Source: Kofleriaceae bacterium (GTDB taxonomy: Bacteria > Myxococcota_A > Polyangia > Haliangiales > Haliangiaceae). From it: a DNA stretch of 14,986 nt. The notes beneath the pieces were generated by a model. That model had not been told where the DNA came from, ran no database searches, and saw only the letters and a list, made by a program, of their open reading frames with translations. The stretch lies in the NCBI GenBank assembly GCA_046597055.1, contig JBKJLC010000109.1:1-14986 (forward strand), given 5' to 3'. Each line of letters opens with the position of its first letter. The first letter of the stretch is position 1. A program made the position numbers and the translations under genes. This document shows positions 1 to 8,187 of the stretch, piece by piece.

Positions 1-6
1 TGATGG

Positions 7-87
7 TGCGACGACTCGGTGCATCCATCGATCTTCACGCCGAACCTCGAAAATGCGACGCGCTGCATCCATCGATCTTCTCGGCGA
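7..87 (+). repeat. Imperfect direct repeat pair with an exact 17-bp core TGCATCCATCGATCTTC
   Basis: Exact core at 20-36 and 64-80. Each copy is preceded by TGCGACG (7-13, 54-60) and followed by a similar aCGcCGA/tCGgCGA. Confidence 0.8.
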
Positions 88-375
88 GGGCGCCATCAGG
101 AAACGAGCCCGCTCTCACCCAGCTGGCGCCAGCACGTCGCGAACAGTCGGAGCCGCTGACCGCCGGTCCGACGTCGAAGCAGCTGCAGCGACAGCCAACG
201 CTCGCCTCCCCGAGATCGGGCCCCGCGTGCATACCGTCGCGCGCGCTTCACGCCCGCGCCGCCCAGAACCCGATCCTGCCGGGGCCTCGGCCTGGCCGAG
301 CCACGCCGACCCCTACGACGCTCGCGCGTGCGAAGCCGCCCCCGTGGGTTTGATTGAACGACCGACCGCGGGACC

Positions 376-471
376 GGTGGATCACTAAACCGCCGCCACC
401 GAGCAGCTGCGCCGCGGCGAGGTGGATCTCGAAGCTGCCGCCGATCGGATCAGATCTAAGCCGCCGCTGAA
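376..471 (+). mobile_element. Probable right end of an IS21-family insertion sequence (element body lies left of the window)
   Basis: Three related repeats: GGTGGATCACTAAACCGCCGCC (376-397), GGTGGATCTCGAAGCTGCCGCC (421-442; 18/22 identical) and GGATCAGATCTAAGCCGCCGCTGA (447-470). Multiple subterminal repeats are characteristic of IS21 ends. The terminus reads ...GCTGAA rather than canonical ...GCTGACA. No istA/istB in the window. Confidence 0.55.
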
Positions 472-558
472 GCTTGCGTGGACCCGCTCGAGGAGTTCGA
501 CGCATCGCGCGACGTCGTCGTCGGTGCGTCGTCGTAGAACGCTGACCACTCACACACT

Positions 559-897
559 CTAGTCGCAAGCGGTCTTCCACGTCGGCGTCGCGATGCAGAC
601 CCTGAAGTCCTGCGCTTTACCGTAGTCGCTGCCGCCGAACAGGACGGGCGCAACGCAGTTGGGAGACGTGGCCTCGATGCAGTCTGCGTTGACCTTGCAG
701 GGGCGATAGCACTTCCCATCGCCGCAGCCCTCGCAGGGCGTGCCGGGAGGGTATGGGCAAACGGAGTCAGAGTAGAATCCAGCAGGCCGCAGCGGCGTCG
801 CCGTCGTCAGCAGCCTCGACTGCGCTGTCGGGTGCCGTCGCTCAGTCGCGTCGGTGCAACCCGCCATGAGCGCGACCAGGCAGGCAGAGTGCTTCAC
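559..897 (-). CDS. Small Cys-rich lipoprotein, hypothetical (possible internal compensating frameshifts)
   Basis: GTG at 897 gives MKHSACLVALMAG-C (lipobox); alternative ATG at 909. Cys-rich C-terminus CPYPPGTPCEGCGDGKCYRPCKVNADC...C...C...C. Confidence 0.7.
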   Translation of the reverse strand: MKHSACLVALMAGCTDATERRHPTAQSRLLTTATPLRPAGFYSDSVCPYPPGTPCEGCGDGKCYRPCKVNADCIEATSPNCVAPVLFGGSDYGKAQDFRVCIATPTWKTACD

Positions 898-1208
898 GGC
901 AGAGAGCATGGCTCGGTCCTTTGCGGCTGCAAGGAAACACTCGATGCGTGATTCGCCGCGCTCGATCCGACGACGCGCGGCGGTACCGCAGGTGCTCACC
1001 CGTCAGTCGCGAAGCAAGGCTCCGGGAAAGGCACCGGCACGGTCACACGTCCAATCCTGACTGGCACGGGCACAAACAGCGTAACCAGGCGCTGGGCGAA
1101 TTTCGCGCGCGTTGGTAGCCGCTCGCCGTTCTGCGACACAATCGCAGTGGTGTGCGAATAGCCAAACCGCGGACCTCAACGGTGCCAACGTGCGTTCCTC
1201 TGAGCGCC

Positions 1209-1623
1209 CTACGGCGCGCCCTGCCGAATCCGCCGCTCCATCCAGTACGACGAACCCCAAACCAAGACCACGAGGACGGCGGTGCTGGTGGCGGTCACAA
1301 TATCTGCGCCGCGACTGACGTTCACGATCGCGCAGACGACGACGCCGACGCGCACCACCCACGCGAGGCGAAGGCGCGCAAGCCGCCGCGCTCGCATACC
1401 CGCACCAGCCTCCAGCGGAGATCAGGAGCGCGCGATGGCTCCCATGGTGACGATGTTCGCCGCAACGACCAGCGCGATTGCGAGTGACGTTCGTGACGAG
1501 CGCGTCACGGCGCGACGTGAGACCGACCGCGTACGCGATCGTGGCCGCGGCAAGTACGTGAAAACCGAGCCACCCACCGATGAACCGGCGTCCCTCCTGC
1601 TCTTCGCGCGCAGGGACATCCAT
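1209..1623 (-). pseudogene. Multi-pass membrane protein of unknown function, split across two frames
   Basis: Hydrophobic segments alternate between frames: FIGGWLGFHVLAAATIAYAVGL (frame of 1623), SLAIALVVAANIVTMGAIA (frame of 1397), LLISAGGWCGYA (frame of 1623), then LAWVVRVGVVVCAIV and IVTATSTAVLVVLVWGSSYW to the stop at 1209 (frame of 1397). Confidence 0.55.
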
Positions 1624-1838
1624 CCCAAAAAAGTGTTGGAAAGTGCGTCCGATGGCAACTGCCGTCGTTTGGATCGCGGGCGCTCGTGCTGCGGAGATGG
1701 TAGTTCGCGGGCGCCGCGAAGGTGAAACGCGCGCCGTGTATGATCACTTTGACGGTCGGGGTGGAAGACGCGCCGGCGTTCCGACGCACGCCCAATACGA
1801 AGATCTTGGCGACGGAGGCCTGCGTCCTGGCAGCCTTT

Positions 1839-2369
1839 CTACCCGCGGAGCACTCGCTCGACGAACGCGGTCTTGCCGTCCGTGTACGCCTCGCGATCCT
1901 CCGCGAAGCGTGCGGCCAGTGATCTCTTCAAGGATGCGTAGTCAGCGGCGAGCGTCGGGTTGCAGCGGAGAGCGTCGCGGAAGGCGAGCTGCTTGGCCCA
2001 TCTCGGCGAGTGCGCGTCGAGCACATGGAGATGTGCTTCGCGCTTTCCACCGCTCGCCCTCACGAAGAACTTTCGCCAGTCGCGACCGTCGAGATCGGGC
2101 GGGACATGGCTCCAACCCTCGGCCCCCAGCGCTGCCAGCATGTCCTCTCCGACATCAGCGAGGACCTGCACGCGTGCCATGACGTCGATGATCGGCTTCG
2201 CCGCCAGGCCAGCGACGGCTGTCGAGCCGATGTGCTCGACCTCCGTGACTCCCCACGCACCAAGAAGCCATCGTAGTCGCGCGCATTCCGTCTCTCCGCG
2301 CGTGAGCCAGTTTGGATCGGCGTCTTCAACGACAACGTGCTCGAACGCCCAAGGCGGCGCAGGCGGCAT
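1839..2369 (-). CDS. GrpB/UPF0157 family protein (nucleotidyltransferase-like fold)
   Basis: Family motifs VEHIGSTAVAGLAAKPIIDVM, AHLHV, LAFRDALRCNPTLAADYASLKRSLA and DREAYTDGKTAFVERVL. ATG at 2369 preceded by TATCCT at 7 nt; 176 aa. Confidence 0.92.
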   Translation of the reverse strand: MPPAPPWAFEHVVVEDADPNWLTRGETECARLRWLLGAWGVTEVEHIGSTAVAGLAAKPIIDVMARVQVLADVGEDMLAALGAEGWSHVPPDLDGRDWRKFFVRASGGKREAHLHVLDAHSPRWAKQLAFRDALRCNPTLAADYASLKRSLAARFAEDREAYTDGKTAFVERVLRG

Positions 2370-2376
2370 GGCAGTC

Positions 2377-2382
2377 AGGATA
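2377..2382 (-). promoter_or_regulatory. -10-like hexamer TATCCT, leaderless-type
   Basis: 7 nt upstream of the GrpB ATG (2369); no evident SD. Confidence 0.55.
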
Positions 2383-2475
2383 CCGGCGCCTAGCGGGCGT
2401 CGGATGCGACCGACCGCAAGCCAGTCCATGTGAAGCGCGAACTGTTCACGTTGGTCCGATGAACTTCCTAAAAAT

Positions 2476-3651
2476 TTAGATCCGCTCTCCCCGTCCGCCG
2501 CCGCGAGGGAGAACCTCGCGGACCCGAGCGGGACGACGTTCGATGCGGAACGAGCCGCCGGACGTACCCGCGAGCTTGAAGTTTGGTTCGAGCGTGGAGT
2601 CCGAAATGATTCGCTTCGCTGTGCCCGGTACGAACCCGAGCTCGCTGTCGAGTTCGGTGAACCGGTAAACCCTCTGCGTCGCTCCGCTCGTCCTGGCGGC
2701 GTTCGATGCCCAACCTTGCAGGTGCAAGACCGCCTCGTCATCGTCGACGATCGTCGCCGCCGAGACACTTTCGGCGGCCGATGCAGCCGCGAGCGGCGCA
2801 AAGGGGTCGTTGACACGCGGCAGGTCCTTCACGCAACTGACGAAGTCACCGACACGCTGAAACTGCAGACTGTCGTTGACCGCGCATCCCATTGCCTTGA
2901 GCGTGTGGGCCAACGTGGTGCGGGGACCCGTCGCGCTGTTGCTCATGCGAAACACGTGGATCCCGTCGACGTCCGTGAAGAGTTGCGCCTCTCCGGCGAT
3001 GACGAACGCGAAGCGGTCGCGATCCCTCGCGAAGGCCATCCCGGCCTCGAAGATGACGTTCGGCCGCGCCTGCCAGCGCGAAATCATCCTCGGCTCCTCG
3101 TTCTTGCCGCGGTGCTTCGGATGCAGCGCCGCGAACTCCTCGGGCGTCACCAGAGCGAGGACGGCATGCGCGCGGTCCATACCAGCCTTCACGATCCGCG
3201 CGATCTCCGCGGTACCTCCCAACTCCGCCCGGACGCGTTCGAACTCCACGGGTTCGAGTCCCATGGCTCGGAGGTAGTTATTAAACGCATCAACCGCCTC
3301 GTCATTGCGGCCGCTGATAACGAACACACGTTTCGCTCTCGCGTCGTCCGAAGCTCGAGGCTTCGGCCAGGCGTCGCCTCGCTGCTGCGCGACGATTGCC
3401 ATGCCTTTCGGGCGCAATTCGATGCCGGTGCATCCGTACTGCTCGGAGCTGCCAGTCATGGCGACGACGTCGATCGCATCGAGGCGCTTAATAGCAGCTT
3501 TGATCTGTCGTGCAGTCCAATCGAGCTTCTTCGCGAATTCCTTCGGAGGCCAATCGCTCTGCACCGTCGCGGGTGTGACGCACCGCGCGACCTCGGACTC
3601 GTAGAGGAGCAACAGCAGCGCGTCCGCATCGGCGTTTCCCGTGAGGCTCAT
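2476..3651 (-). CDS. TIR-like nucleotide-binding protein (CAP12/Pycsar-effector-type TIR, PF10137-like) with N-terminal winged-helix-like domain and an extra C-terminal domain
   Basis: Motifs RVFVISGRN...YLRAMGLEPVEF...AVLALVTPEE...QARPNVIFEAGMAFA...LFTDVDGIHVFRM (aa ~108-236). Putative catalytic Glu202 in NVIFEAG. Residues ~8-88 (LLLLLY...KEFAKKLDWTARQIKAAIKRL...IELRPKG) follow a wHTH pattern. 391 aa from ATG 3651. Confidence 0.88.
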   Translation of the reverse strand: MSLTGNADADALLLLLYESEVARCVTPATVQSDWPPKEFAKKLDWTARQIKAAIKRLDAIDVVAMTGSSEQYGCTGIELRPKGMAIVAQQRGDAWPKPRASDDARAKRVFVISGRNDEAVDAFNNYLRAMGLEPVEFERVRAELGGTAEIARIVKAGMDRAHAVLALVTPEEFAALHPKHRGKNEEPRMISRWQARPNVIFEAGMAFARDRDRFAFVIAGEAQLFTDVDGIHVFRMSNSATGPRTTLAHTLKAMGCAVNDSLQFQRVGDFVSCVKDLPRVNDPFAPLAAASAAESVSAATIVDDDEAVLHLQGWASNAARTSGATQRVYRFTELDSELGFVPGTAKRIISDSTLEPNFKLAGTSGGSFRIERRPARVREVLPRGGGRGERI

Positions 3652-3659
3652 CACCCGCG

Positions 3660-3665
3660 AGGCTA
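3660..3665 (-). promoter_or_regulatory. -10-like hexamer TAGCCT, leaderless-type
   Basis: 8 nt upstream of ATG 3651 (5 nt from in-frame GTG 3654). Confidence 0.45.
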
Positions 3666-3828
3666 TCCCGTTGTCCTCCGCGCTGGGAGTCCCTTGGCCC
3701 GGACTGGAGAGGCTCACGGCGTACTTGCCAGAAAGTGCGCCTGCTCTATCGCGGCCTCGGGCGCCCGCGAAGTCATGGTCGCTGTCGAGGGCTGGAAGGG
3801 ACGGCCTTGATGGCGAGTCGCGGCGGCG

Positions 3829-3834
3829 TACGCT
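3829..3834 (+). promoter_or_regulatory. -10-like hexamer TACGCT, leaderless-type
   Basis: 7 nt upstream of GTG 3842. Confidence 0.55.
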
Positions 3835-3841
3835 GTGCTCC

Positions 3842-4927
3842 GTGCGGCTCTGGACGGTTGTCGCATTCGCGTTGGGGTGCTCGCGGGTGGTCGAGGAACC
3901 GCGCGTAGGCGGCGTCACGGGGGATGCGTTCGACGCAGACAGCGACGCCGACCCCAGCGAGGCCGCCGACAGCTTCGACCTCCCCGAGACTGGTGACACC
4001 GCGGTCGTCGACACTGTGGTCGTCGACGCGGCCGAGACGCCGGTCGACGCCGTAGAGGCGCCGTTCATCGTTGCAAGCATCCCATCGCCGCGCGCAATTG
4101 CCGTCGGAGCCGGCTACGTCTTCGTGACGAGCTTGCCGCTCGACACTCTGGATGCTGCGCTCTATCGGGCGCCAGCCAGCGGTGGCGCGGGCGTCCGAAT
4201 TGGTTCCGCGACCTGGCCGACGTACGTCGCCGTCGACGCGACCCACGTGTATTGGACTGACCTCCAACGGTATGCGGCCGACCGATCGGCCGAGCCTCTG
4301 TCCGGCGCGGTGAGGCGCGTGCCGATCGCGGGGGGTCTCTCGGAGACCTTGGCGAAGGGTCTCGATCGCCCGAACAGCTGCGCGCTCTTCGACGGGAAGA
4401 TCTACTTCGCGCACGGCTATCCCAAGGGCGCGGTCCTCGGCGTGCCGATCGCGGGTGGGACGTCGACCACGGTCGCGACGGTCGACACGATGCCGTTCTA
4501 CACCGCCGCCAACACCTCCACCGTTTGCTGGGCGCGCCGCGAGGCGCCGGGCGCAGTGCAGTGCGCGCCGCGCGCCGGCGGAGGGGTGACGACGCTCGTC
4601 AACGAGCCAGCGAATTACGTCGCCATCGACGAGACGTATGCGTTCTATTCGCCGGCGGGAGCGCTCAAACGAGTCGCACTCAAGGGCTCCGGACCAACCA
4701 CGCTGCTCGAGGAAGGTCGGCGATGTGGGGAGCTCGCGATCGACGCGTCAAACGTCTACGCGCTATGCGGTCGAGATGTAGTGCGCGTCTCCAAAGGTGG
4801 AGGAGCCGCAACGACGTTGTACACGGGTACGTCGGAGGCGATCGGACTCGAGGGCATCGCCGTGGACGCGACGCACGTGTATTGGACGTCGCCGATGGAC
4901 AACACCGTCAAGCGGCTCGCGAAGTAG
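3842..4927 (+). CDS. Beta-propeller lipoprotein (myxobacterial VDATHVYWT repeats), paralog 1
   Basis: MRLWTVVAFALG-C lipobox, acidic D/A/T/V tether, then ~40-aa repeats IAVGAGYVFVT, VAVDATHVYWTD, CALFDGKIYFA, TAANTSTVCWA, VAIDETYAFYS, LAIDASNVYAL, IAVDATHVYWTS. Confidence 0.85.
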   Translation: MRLWTVVAFALGCSRVVEEPRVGGVTGDAFDADSDADPSEAADSFDLPETGDTAVVDTVVVDAAETPVDAVEAPFIVASIPSPRAIAVGAGYVFVTSLPLDTLDAALYRAPASGGAGVRIGSATWPTYVAVDATHVYWTDLQRYAADRSAEPLSGAVRRVPIAGGLSETLAKGLDRPNSCALFDGKIYFAHGYPKGAVLGVPIAGGTSTTVATVDTMPFYTAANTSTVCWARREAPGAVQCAPRAGGGVTTLVNEPANYVAIDETYAFYSPAGALKRVALKGSGPTTLLEEGRRCGELAIDASNVYALCGRDVVRVSKGGGAATTLYTGTSEAIGLEGIAVDATHVYWTSPMDNTVKRLAK

Positions 4928-5084
4928 CTTCGCTGACCCGGATGTGCCGCACGTCCTCGCGTTCGGCGATGCACGCAATGCAGCCGATAAGGCGGGTTCG
5001 CTCCACGGTCCGCGTTCGGCATCCAGCACGCAACTGTTGGCTCCCCCGCGTCCCCGAGGGGCTCGAACTCCTCCAGCAACGTCG

Positions 5085-5090
5085 TAGACT
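5085..5090 (+). promoter_or_regulatory. -10-like hexamer TAGACT, leaderless-type
   Basis: 7 nt upstream of ATG 5098. Confidence 0.6.
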
Positions 5091-5097
5091 GTTGGCG

Positions 5098-6220
5098 ATG
5101 CGCGGGTGGCTGTTGCTCGTTGTCGGCGTCGGATGCACGCGTGTCGTCGAGGAGGCGCGAGACGACGCGACACCGGCGACGGACACGGGAGACGCGGCGG
5201 AGGAGGGTGTCGTCACAGTCAGCGACGTCGCTCCGGAGACGGCCGACGCCGTCAGCGATGCGACAGAAGAGGTCACCGCTGAGACGGGAACCACGGACGC
5301 GAGCACGATGACGGTGGACTCGGCGCTCATGGACGCTTCGGCAGACGCGACGGAGACCCTCGCGCCATCGTCACTTCTCGCGACAGTCCCCTCGCCGCGC
5401 GCGATCGCGGTCGCGGGCGGCTACCTGTACGTTACGAGCATCGACTTCGTGACGAAGGTTGGCGCTCTCTACCGCGTACCTGTTGCGGGCGGAGTACCCC
5501 TGAAGATCGGCGGGGCAACGTGGCCAACGTACGTTGCTGTTGATTCGACGCACGTGTATTGGACGGACCTCGAGAAGGAAGCGCTGCCGCTATCCGGCGC
5601 AATTCGCCGAATGTCACTCACGGGAAGCCTGACCGAGACACTCGTGAAGGATCTCGATCGACCGAACAGCTGCAGTCTCAGCGGCGGTCGAGCGTTCTTT
5701 GCCCATGGGTATCCCACCGGCATCGTGATGAGCGTGCCGACGACCGGCGGAGCACCGATGACGATCGCGAGCGCCGAGGGCTGGGCTGCGTATGCCTCGG
5801 CGAATTCCACGGCGGTGTGCTGGTCACGCAAGTCCCTGCTCAAGGTGCAATGCGCGCCGCGCGGCGGCGGGGCGACCACTACCGTCGCCAGCGAGGGAGC
5901 GATCGCAGTGGCCGTCGACGAGTCGCATGTCTTTTATGGATCCGGCGCGTTGAAGCGTGTGTCGCTGACCGGCGGGGTTGTGCTCACGCTCGATGACGGT
6001 CATGGATGCGCGACAGACATCGCGTTGGACGCGACGAACGACGAACGTTTACGCCACGTGTTTCAAGTCGATCGTCCGCGTGTCCAAGTCCGGCGGCGCG
6101 TCGGCAGTGCTATCGAAGGACGTCGCGGACGACTTCGGTTCGGCGGGCATCGCCGTTGACGCGACCCATGTCTATTGGACGTCGCCGGCGGACAATAGTG
6201 TCCGACGGGTCCCGAAGTAG
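5098..6220 (+). pseudogene. Beta-propeller lipoprotein, paralog 2, frameshifted by a 7-bp tandem duplication
   Basis: MRGWLLLVVGVG-CTRVVEE, colinear with paralog 1. CGACGAA is duplicated at 6032-6045; removing one copy gives DATNVYATC (paralog 1: DASNVYALC) and reads to TAG at 6218-6220. Confidence 0.85.
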
Positions 6221-6236
6221 GGGCTGGACTGAACTG

Positions 6237-6725
6237 CTACTGACCGTGACCGGCACAAGCTTCATTGCAAGAGCCTCCCCCTCCCTTGGGCGTGATGCAG
6301 GTGGGAAACGCTGCTCCGTAAAGCTTGCACGGACATTGCGCCGGCCCGCACGAAGTGTTCGCCGCTCCCGGCACGGGCCTCCCGCGAATGTGCACGAAGT
6401 CGCACGCGCTGATAACAGCACACACCGCCATGGCGGTGACCGCGGCAAACGCAAAGGTGCACCGCCCGAACGTCACTTCATCCGCCCATCACAGAGCGGA
6501 CCAGACGCGCACCCAGCCTCGCTGGCGCTCCACCAGCGGCGACGCGCCGCCATCCCGCTGCTCACCCTGACAGCACACGCCAGCGTCGGCGTCGGGCTTG
6601 GGTGACGCGATGTCGGAGGCGACGTCGCCCGCGGGGTTGATCGATGCCTCCGCTGCGCCGGGAGGCGCCGCCGTCTCGCTGCCGCATCCGAGCAAGGCGG
6701 CGAATGTAAGGATGTTGGGAGCCAC
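6237..6725 (-). pseudogene. Cys-rich lipoprotein interrupted by an in-frame TGA and probable frameshifts
   Basis: MAPNILTFAALLG-C, acidic tether, GVCCQG. TGA at 6489-6491, after which the same frame resumes to a Cys-rich end (SCGPAQCPCKLYG...TCITPKGGGGSCNEAC). The other two frames hold Cys-containing stretches (GCASGPLCDG; LCVCRG...GVCCYQ) across the gap. Confidence 0.6.
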
Positions 6726-6731
6726 AACCCA

Positions 6732-6737
6732 AGTCTA
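6732..6737 (-). promoter_or_regulatory. -10-like hexamer TAGACT, leaderless-type
   Basis: 6 nt upstream of GTG 6725. Confidence 0.6.
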
Positions 6738-6762
6738 CTTGTCTCTCGGAGCTCGGCCCGCG

Positions 6763-8088
6763 TCAGTACGTCGGCGGCCCCAGGCCGGCGATGGGCCGTC
6801 GGACAACCGACTTCAGCTCGCTCGACCCCGACGACCCGCGATCCCCGACGACCAGCGCGATCTCCTTGGAGGTGACGTACGCGGTCATCATCCATCGATC
6901 CTCGGGCTCCGGGGCGACGACCCACCGGGCTCCGTCAGATAGGCGCACGAGCAACGCGCGAAGTTCATCTAGCACCACCACCGCATAGCCGTCGTTCGCC
7001 ACAGACGCTCCGGGCGTCGCGACGTCGAGATTCGCTAGCAAGCGCGGTCGAAACGCTGAGGCACGGGAAGCGGCGGCTGCCGCCCATAGGGTCGGCCGTC
7101 CCCCCCCACTCAAGCCGATCCACACAATGGTCCCAGTGGATGGATCGACCTGAGGTGGGTAGGACATCTCATCGTGGGTGTGGAGCTTCTCCACTGCGCC
7201 GTTCTCGTCGATGAATGCAATCCCATACGGCCACTTGTGCCAAGACGCGATCGCCCCCCCGGCAACGGCAGTCGCCAATGCAATCGGTGGGGAGTCGGGA
7301 GTCACCTTCTTGATCACCGCGTGCGTCGCACGGTCCACTACCGCGATCGAGTGCACAGCGAATTCTTCCGACGTGGCCAAGTAGATTCGTCGCTCGCCGA
7401 CCGTGATGCCTGTTAGGCGACCCTCGTAGCTATCGATTTGGTCGTTGCTGAGATCAAACACATCGGTCGGCGCGGCGGGGCTGCCGTAGGGCACGGTGAT
7501 GAAGCGATGTAGATTCGGACGGCCAGCAAAGATTGCCCCGACGACGGCGTCCGCAGAAGCCGGAAAGAGCCCCGCGCTGCACTGGCCAGTGTTGACCGCG
7601 AGAAGAGCCAACCGAGGGATGGTCACCGGCGACTGCACTATCGAGAGAAACGGACGCGGCTTCGCATCGTAGGGAAACACACGGCTGTACTCGTAGACCT
7701 CCTCTCCGGATGGCTGACGCGCCATGCTCTCCGACGCGTGCACGCGCTCGAGCCATCCCCCGGCCCACGGCGTCGCGAGCCGCATACACCCGACGCGCCC
7801 ACTCGGGCACGGCGACCAGTCGTCGGCGAGATCCGTCGCCGGCGAGCGTGCCAGCCAGATATTCGGGCACTCGGGAAGGCCCGGCACGTTCGACCAGCTC
7901 CCGTCGAGCGGAGGCGGCGCCGCGTCGAGTGGCAGCGACCACACATCCGCCGAGCTCGTGTCGGCGACCTCGGCCACGGTCTCCGGCGCATCGCTGTCGA
8001 CGCCGACCATCGCGTCCTGCGCAGACCCCTCAGGCGACACGCGGCCGCAACCGGCGAGGGCAAGAGCCGCGAGTACCGTCAGGCGCAC
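6763..8088 (-). CDS. Lipoprotein of unknown function, beta-rich (possibly propeller-like)
   Basis: MRLTVLAALALAG-C lipobox, acidic tether, Cys-containing segment (LPECPNIW...WSPCPSGRVGC), then many short beta-strand-like segments; intact 441-aa ORF. Confidence 0.8.
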   Translation of the reverse strand: MRLTVLAALALAGCGRVSPEGSAQDAMVGVDSDAPETVAEVADTSSADVWSLPLDAAPPPLDGSWSNVPGLPECPNIWLARSPATDLADDWSPCPSGRVGCMRLATPWAGGWLERVHASESMARQPSGEEVYEYSRVFPYDAKPRPFLSIVQSPVTIPRLALLAVNTGQCSAGLFPASADAVVGAIFAGRPNLHRFITVPYGSPAAPTDVFDLSNDQIDSYEGRLTGITVGERRIYLATSEEFAVHSIAVVDRATHAVIKKVTPDSPPIALATAVAGGAIASWHKWPYGIAFIDENGAVEKLHTHDEMSYPPQVDPSTGTIVWIGLSGGGRPTLWAAAAASRASAFRPRLLANLDVATPGASVANDGYAVVVLDELRALLVRLSDGARWVVAPEPEDRWMMTAYVTSKEIALVVGDRGSSGSSELKSVVRRPIAGLGPPTY

Positions 8089-8094
8089 GCGGTC

Positions 8095-8100
8095 AGTCTA
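8095..8100 (-). promoter_or_regulatory. -10-like hexamer TAGACT, leaderless-type
   Basis: 6 nt upstream of GTG 8088. Confidence 0.6.
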
Positions 8101-8187
8101 CTTCGCGCCGGCCTGCGCGGCCGCGGCTCCGGATTTCGTGGCTACACGTCGGCCGCGTCCTTATCGGCGTCGCCGGCGTGGTCGTTT

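Noticed and set aside
3..388. ORFs 3-353 +, 53-388 + and 35-232 -
   Set aside because: No recognisable motifs or consistent codon bias; the region is better explained as the non-coding tail of an IS.
7..470. CRISPR array
   Set aside because: Only two or three short, degenerate, irregularly spaced repeats and no cas genes.
2716..3810. Long antisense or alternative-frame ORFs (2716-3810 +, 7738-8868 +, 8983-9921 +, 12524-13540 +, 12189-13157 -, 14294-14953 -)
   Set aside because: Arg/Ala/Pro-rich shadow ORFs typical of high-GC DNA. They have no recognisable motifs, and most overlap genes with clear family signatures.
3652..4080. N-terminal extensions in the ORF track (TIR from 4080, GrpB from 2816, propellers from 3641 and 4525)
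   Set aside because: They overlap neighbouring genes and are low-complexity. Lipoboxes, domain boundaries and -10 spacing support the shorter starts.
6489..6491. TGA recoding (selenocysteine or alternative genetic code) at the in-frame TGAs at 6489 and 1422
   Set aside because: TGA is the normal stop of intact genes here (6763, 8188, 8773), and alternative frames around both sites carry more plausible sequence, pointing to indels.
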